DNA from: Ascoidea asiatica JCM 7603
Lineage: Eukaryota > Fungi > Ascomycota
Assembly (NCBI GenBank): GCA_001600695.1
Contig: BCKQ01000002.1
Span: forward strand, 703,184-767,183
Reading direction: 5' to 3'
Length of the DNA: 64,000 nt
Part shown: piece after piece, positions 58,086 through 64,000 of the stretch
How positions within the stretch are numbered: position 1 is the first letter of the stretch
Layout of the letters: each line of letters begins with the position of its first letter
The notes under the pieces: generated by a model
The model's input: only the letters and a program-made list of their open reading frames with translations
Database searches by the model: none
What the model was told of the DNA's origin: nothing
Program-made: the position numbers and the translations under genes

Positions 58086-60042
58086 GAAAACTTTTATTTA
58101 TACTATTCACTTTTATTAACCAAATTTCTCTTCTTTAATTTAATTTTTTTTTATCGAATCTAACTTTTTCTTTAACATTTTGACTTTAATACTATGAAAC
58201 ATCAGTGATACCTAAAATCAAAAATTAGTATCTTCGAACTTAAAACTCGAATTTAAAATCCTTAGCATTTAGAATTTAGAAAAATAAATCCTAAATCTTA
58301 AATTAACAATTACCTAAACTTTAATCTAAAAATTCTTAAATTTCATATAAAAAAATCCGCTTGAATCCGCCTCACGGTACATGCGGGTAATATATTTTTA
58401 GTAAACTTCACAAAATATAATTCAGAAACACAAATAATGATTTTTATTAACTCTTTATTGAAAACTTATTAAAAAGAAAGAAATTATTCATTCCGTGTAA
58501 AACTTTGAAAATGAATATTAAGGAAGTATTATTTGTAGATATTTTCTACTTGGTAAATTTACTAAATTTTGTACTACCCTATAAAAAGAAAAGTAAAAAC
58601 TTGATTTTAAATTCCTTTTTTTAATAAATCCATTTCTTAGTATAAGCCTGGAAAAAAATATGCTAACTCTTCAAAAGTAATTTTTGATTCAATAAACATG
58701 AATCTTTCCATTTAAGGTGAGAGTTTTCATTTCTTTTTAAAGTTTGTGAAGCTATATTCTACTTAAAGCTTTTTCCAACAAACCGATATTTGAAAGAAAT
58801 CAGAAATAATTTAAAAGTAATGAAGAATATTCCCCTTTCAAAATATTTTGATGAGAACTTTTAGGCTTTCATTTTGATGCTTTTTGAGTGAAAGGATAAA
58901 AAAAAGTAAAAAAATATAAAATTCAAGTATGGGTATACAAAGCCTATCTCACAAATGTAATAATCATCTCAAGTTATCTTTTTTTTTCCTAAGAAATAAT
59001 TCATCGGTAATAGTTTTCAAAAAACTTGAAAAACTAAGCAGATTTGAATTCCCATTGATTGAAAAAAATGACCTGGAAATATAAAACTGAATATTCATTT
59101 TTATTTAAATGAAATTTTTGCTGATTATGAAATTTGATTCAATTTAAATTCTACAAAAGTAGTCACTTTTTTAATTAGTTTGACCCTTTTTGAAACTGAT
59201 CAAACTCAAACAAAGTTCATATTGAGATTAGGAAAAAATTTTCTGATTTTATTTGGAGATCACTAGCAAACAAAGTTTAAGGTATTTTTTAGTCATGATG
59301 AAAATATTAAATAGTAAAAAATTGTAAAATGGAGTTAAAATGTTCAAGAATGAAAGTAAAATAACTATTGAACATCAGAGAAAAATAAAAATTAAACTTA
59401 GTACTAAATAATATAACAACGAAAAATACTACCTCAAAAACTTAGCTCTCCCTTTAAAATTTTTGAATACTTTATAGTGGTCTAGTTATTGACTATGATC
59501 AGAAATTTGACTCTATAAAGAATAGCACTTATGAAGTTGCAATTATGAAAATTAATTAAAATAAGTTTCAGATTGTCAAAATTTACCTTGTAGAATCTTT
59601 AATATGAGCACTCGGATTGCCCTAATCTCCGGTTAGTAATAGTACAAAAATCCTAAAAGGATATTTTGAAATCCAGAAATAGCAGTTATCTTAGAATCCC
59701 AACAAAATTCTCTTGAAATTAGAATGACTTATTTCTCAAAGCTTTTCCTGATTATCCCAGAGGGACAAAAGAAAAATGTATCATTCAAATTTGAGAGTTT
59801 CTGTAAAGGAAAAATTTTTGGTTTTTAATGTTCACTTTAACTCCTTATTACCAGAAGTATTGTAAAGAGGCCTGAGTTTCTTAAAAAAATTATCTGGACT
59901 GATAATTGCCTTATGAAAATTAGCAAAACTTCCCATAAGATCCAATATTGAATGGAAGAATTTCGTTGTAAACTTCTTCACAGAGCAAATTAATGATTAA
60001 CCAAAAAAACTTTTACTTTATAATGATCAATAATAATAATTA

Positions 60043-60076
<34 letters not shown>

Positions 60077-60850
60077 ATATGATAGCAAGCAGACATTACA
60101 TGTATAAATACATCATGATTGTAGATTCCTAGTGGATAGACACAAACAAAGGTCATTTGTTCATCACCACTATACCCTTTTACCAAATACCTGTTATTTC
60201 CGGTAAATTCTGTAGCATCTTGAAAAAGTTTTTGTTCCTGTATCTTTTTGTTCTTTTGTTCTCATCTTGAATTGAAGTTTTAAAGCTTTTCTTTCATATT
60301 CCACCTTTTTTTAAAACATTTTTTAGAATTAGATTATGCAGACGCGAATAAAGTTTAGTTGTGGCTAATTGACGGTGAAGCGTTCGTCGGCCTGTTGGCT
60401 TGGAAATACGCTTAGAGTTTGCCCGGCCGCGGGTTCAGAGGCTCCAGTTCAGAAACCGATTCAGCAGCTGGTTTTGGTGCTTTAAGAAAACTGGAGAAAA
60501 AAAAGGTGTAAAGGCACTACTAACAAAGAAAACAAATTTCAAATGAGTGAAATTATATTATCTTGTTCATAGTACACAGATTCGATTTTCTTTTGTTTGG
60601 TCTTACTTATTTTATCATTGAATTGTTAAACAGTTTTTTTTGTTTGTTTGTTGCAAAGTATAATCGGGAAAAGGTTATCAAGATTTGAAAAAAGAAAAAA
60701 AGATATTAGATAAAAAAAATATAATTGAAGTTTATTAATATAGTCCATATATCCATATAAGATATTAAAGATAAAAAGTTTGAGAACCGAATGTTAATGA
60801 AAAATGTAATCATTTTAGAATAATGTCATAAAAGAGAAAATTCAACAACA

Positions 60851-61285
60851 TCAAAAGCATGAATGTCCCAAACTTTCAACCATTAAATTAAGCCCACAAA
60901 ATAAATAATCAAAATATGTTGGAAATTGAGATAGAGCAACAAATACAATAGTTTTAGATTTTGCACAAATCAAAGCAGTTTTATTTTCAGCATTATAAGC
61001 CATAAAGCAATTGTTATTATAAGATCTTTGTAAAGGATAATATATTTTTTTATCTAATAATATACCATTATAATAAAAGTTATCTGAATTTGTGCTTAAA
61101 AAATTTAAAAAACTATCAATTTCATTATTGTTTGGATATAATGAGTTTTGCTGAGAAGAAACTGAATAATCTTTAATTTCATGAATTGAAACTGCCTTTG
61201 CCATATATCTATCAATAATATTATAAGCTAGAACATTTCCATTTTTTTTAACAAAAGGATATGTGAAATCTGCTTCTTCATCCAT
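60851..61285 (-). CDS. Divergent profilin-like protein (144 aa)
   Basis: AAAAA-ATG context and host-like codon usage. Collinear resemblance to profilin: NEI, [21 protein letters not shown], C-terminal helix ending in an aromatic residue. Recognised by eye only. Confidence 0.6.
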   Translation of the reverse strand: [144 protein letters not shown]

Positions 61286-64000
61286 TTTTTATTTTATATT
61301 ATGTTTTTGTTTAAAAAAGTTTTTAATATATTATTGATTGGATTAATCTTGTTTGTTAATTTACGTTTGATAAATTTATACCATAAAAATTTGAAAAAAA
61401 ATAGACTTTGCAAATATAGATAATAAGCTCTATTTATATCATTTTTAAGAAGAAAAATAAAAACCAAATTAAATAATGCTCTTCTTTTCAATTAATACAT
61501 TTATAAAGTCCATTTACCTTTTTAAAAAAGAAAATGACTTCTCAATTTTTATTATCGGATAAGATAAGAAATAACTCTAAAGCGTATCGACTATAACAAA
61601 GTATTACACTAGAATACGATACAATTCTCATCAACTTTAGGAAATTAGGAGTCGTGTAATAATTTTTTGTAAATTTTTCTAAAATTGAGAAGCTATAAGA
61701 ATTATTGTTAAATTAATTTGATTTAATCATGTTATTCATTTAAACTCAAATATAAACTTGAGAAAATACGTAATTCAGTATTAAATATTGAGAATTAGAG
61801 TATTAAAAATAATTGAAATTTGGAACAGAGTAATTAAGCAAACAAAGAATATTATTATCTCAGTTATTGTAAAAAAATAAATCAGAGGCAATTCAGAAAC
61901 AATTCACAAATGAATTATAATTAAATCAACTTTAACTATCCAGTAATCAAAAGCAAAAGCTTTTTATAGCTAAAGTTTATTGATAATAATTTTAGCCTAA
62001 CAAAATCGAGATACCTTTTGAGCTTTAAGCTTTAACCAGCGATATCAGCCGAGAAGAACCGTATCCTTGGCTACGAAGAGCATTTGAAGCCATTGACAAT
62101 GGGCACTGATAATAAAGAAAAACGTTAATTCTGGTTATCGTTAAGCTAGGGAAGTTGAAATAAAACAGTAGTTACTGGGTTAAACATATAAATTATGGTC
62201 ATGATAAATATTTTTCTGTAGAGTAAATAATATACTTGCACATCTTTTTGTAAGTCAATAGGATAACAACACTAGGAGTAAACTAACAATGAATAAGTAC
62301 TAAATTCATGAAATCTGTAGGTAAAAATGGGTAGGCATAATATATTATTGTATACATTGTAAGGTTATATAACCTTTACACTAATGTATTCATTACTAAA
62401 AAAAAAGACTTTTATTTTTTAGATTTTAACAATTGACCAACAGGGAAGTTGTTAGAAAATGATATTTGTCTTTATTTTAAAATATAAATTATTAGATATT
62501 AGTAATTTACTTGGGGAAGTGAAACAGCTGTTTTTCAATTGTATAAATTCAGATAAAAACAAAATCAGTAACATTACTCCAGAATCGGAGAAGCCCTTCA
62601 GTAGAGTAAAAAAACTGCCTTTTAAAGGTATTATAAACAACTTTAATGTTACATAATTTCATGTAAGCCTGTATATTTGGTATTTTTCTTTTGAATGAAT
62701 TGATATTAAAGAAAATGATTTTTTAATTAAGATCAAGAAATTATATCATAATTGCAATTATTATAATTTGATTGGATAAAAATGCAGATTATTTTTTCAA
62801 ATAATGAATTTTAGAAATTGTTGAAGAAACTGAAATAAACTAGGTCATACTAAACTTTAGTATCTCTAGAAACTTTAGTTTATCTTTTATTCTTTATTAT
62901 TATTATTTATTTTGGAACAATGGTTATTAAGATATAAAATGCTGATGTAATACGGTAGTTGTTTTTATAGTTAAAGTTAAATTTTAATAACTGGAGGGGG
63001 GCAAATGAGGAAGAATTGAAAATCTTGTGATAATAATTCTGATAATAATGCTGATATTATTAAAAATTAATACAAAAATTCTAATTGAATTCATAAGAAG
63101 ATTATTAAAGAATTCTATTAAAGGTAATCTTCAACGAGAATGATTCAACATTATATGATTAGAATGAATATAATGATGACTATAATAATAATCCAATATA
63201 AAAAACTGTTTTTATACTTTTACCTATTTTGAGTTTCCATGATTGTTTTTTAAACGGTTGAGAGTACTTCATATCACTATTGAATTTCTAATTTGAATAA
63301 AATTTCAAATTCTATATAAAAGATGTTATAAGATTGGAATAAATTTCAAGATATGGCAACAGTGGACATTTTCTATGAATTTGGATAAAGTAGGATAAAT
63401 TTGAATAAATTGGAATGAATTAGAATGAATTGATATGAATTTGGATATCTGTTTGAATTAATTGAGATAGTGCTTATGAAAAAACCAGATATGAAATGAT
63501 TAATACTTTGACAAAGATAAGAGTTCAAAGATTGAAATAGAAATAATGATTTGTGAATAGGAATATAAATTTAAACGATATTAGATTTTATTTGAAAATT
63601 TCACCTAAATGAAATAAATTTGTGTTTAAAATAAATTATACAAGGAGGGTCTGCACTTAAATAAAGGAGGTCCAGAAGTTCAACGAAAAAAAGAGGTTTA
63701 TTGAAGAGGTCTGATAAAATGTCTTATAAGCCACTCTTTAGAGGGCTGCAACTAAAGAGGAAACAGGGTTACAGAAAAGAAGAACAAAAGTGAACAGAGG
63801 TGAAGTGAACAGAAGTGAAGTGAACAGAAACAGAAACAAAAGCGAAATGGAAGGAAAAAGAGAAAAGAATCAAAAAGAAGAGAAAAAAAGAAAAAAAGAA
63901 AAAAAGAAAAGAAAAAAGCAGGCGCGTAGCACAAAGCCAGCTTTGCGGGACATTCCTGTCATTGCATTCTAGATTTCGGTTTGAATGTGCTCAGTGCATG

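Noticed and set aside
62990-63210. Coding-like GAT/AAT-rich stretch, possible pseudogene
   Set aside because: Multiple stops and no recognisable homology, so it cannot be supported
1-64000. CRISPR arrays, transposases, LTR retrotransposon ORFs, rRNA
   Set aside because: No repeat-spacer array, RT/integrase/transposase motifs or rRNA sequence seen

Overview
A very AT-rich, gene-dense segment of a budding-yeast (Saccharomycotina) nuclear chromosome. Codon usage (TTA/AGA dominant, CTG almost absent), abundant Asn/Ser/Gln tracts and short GTAWGT-TACTAAY-(C/A)AG introns resemble Ascoidea-like yeasts; that assignment is inference. About 27 protein genes are recognisable: RAT1 (3' part), RRT12-like subtilisin, YIP1, CDC16, HSV2, MTG2, STP1/2, PTR3, ERG2, LRO1, PRO2, AVO2, DPB2, ERG3, IMG1, BUD23, RAD14, PEF1, a YCR051W-like ankyrin gene, ATP23, MTW1, SPT5, TIF35, MCM10, MRPL39 and UNG1. 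After ~54 kb the region becomes gene-sparse, with a Cwp1/Pga-like GPI wall protein, tRNA-Gln(UUG), a secondary alcohol dehydrogenase and a highly divergent profilin-like ORF. Three genes need splicing that the ORF track misses (IMG1, RAD14, MRPL39). Most notable observations: (1) the profilin-like orphan lacking the poly-proline-binding aromatic residues; (2) head-to-head STP1/2 and PTR3, the effector and a sensor subunit of the same SPS amino-acid-sensing pathway, sharing a motif-rich promoter; (3) GC/CpG-rich islands at nearly every promoter; (4) an Spt5 C-terminal repeat rewritten as T[A/S]YGG; (5) a stop-free 81-nt RAD14 intron; (6) a candidate spliced transcript divergent from UNG1. Gene names come from recalled motif similarity; no searches were run.
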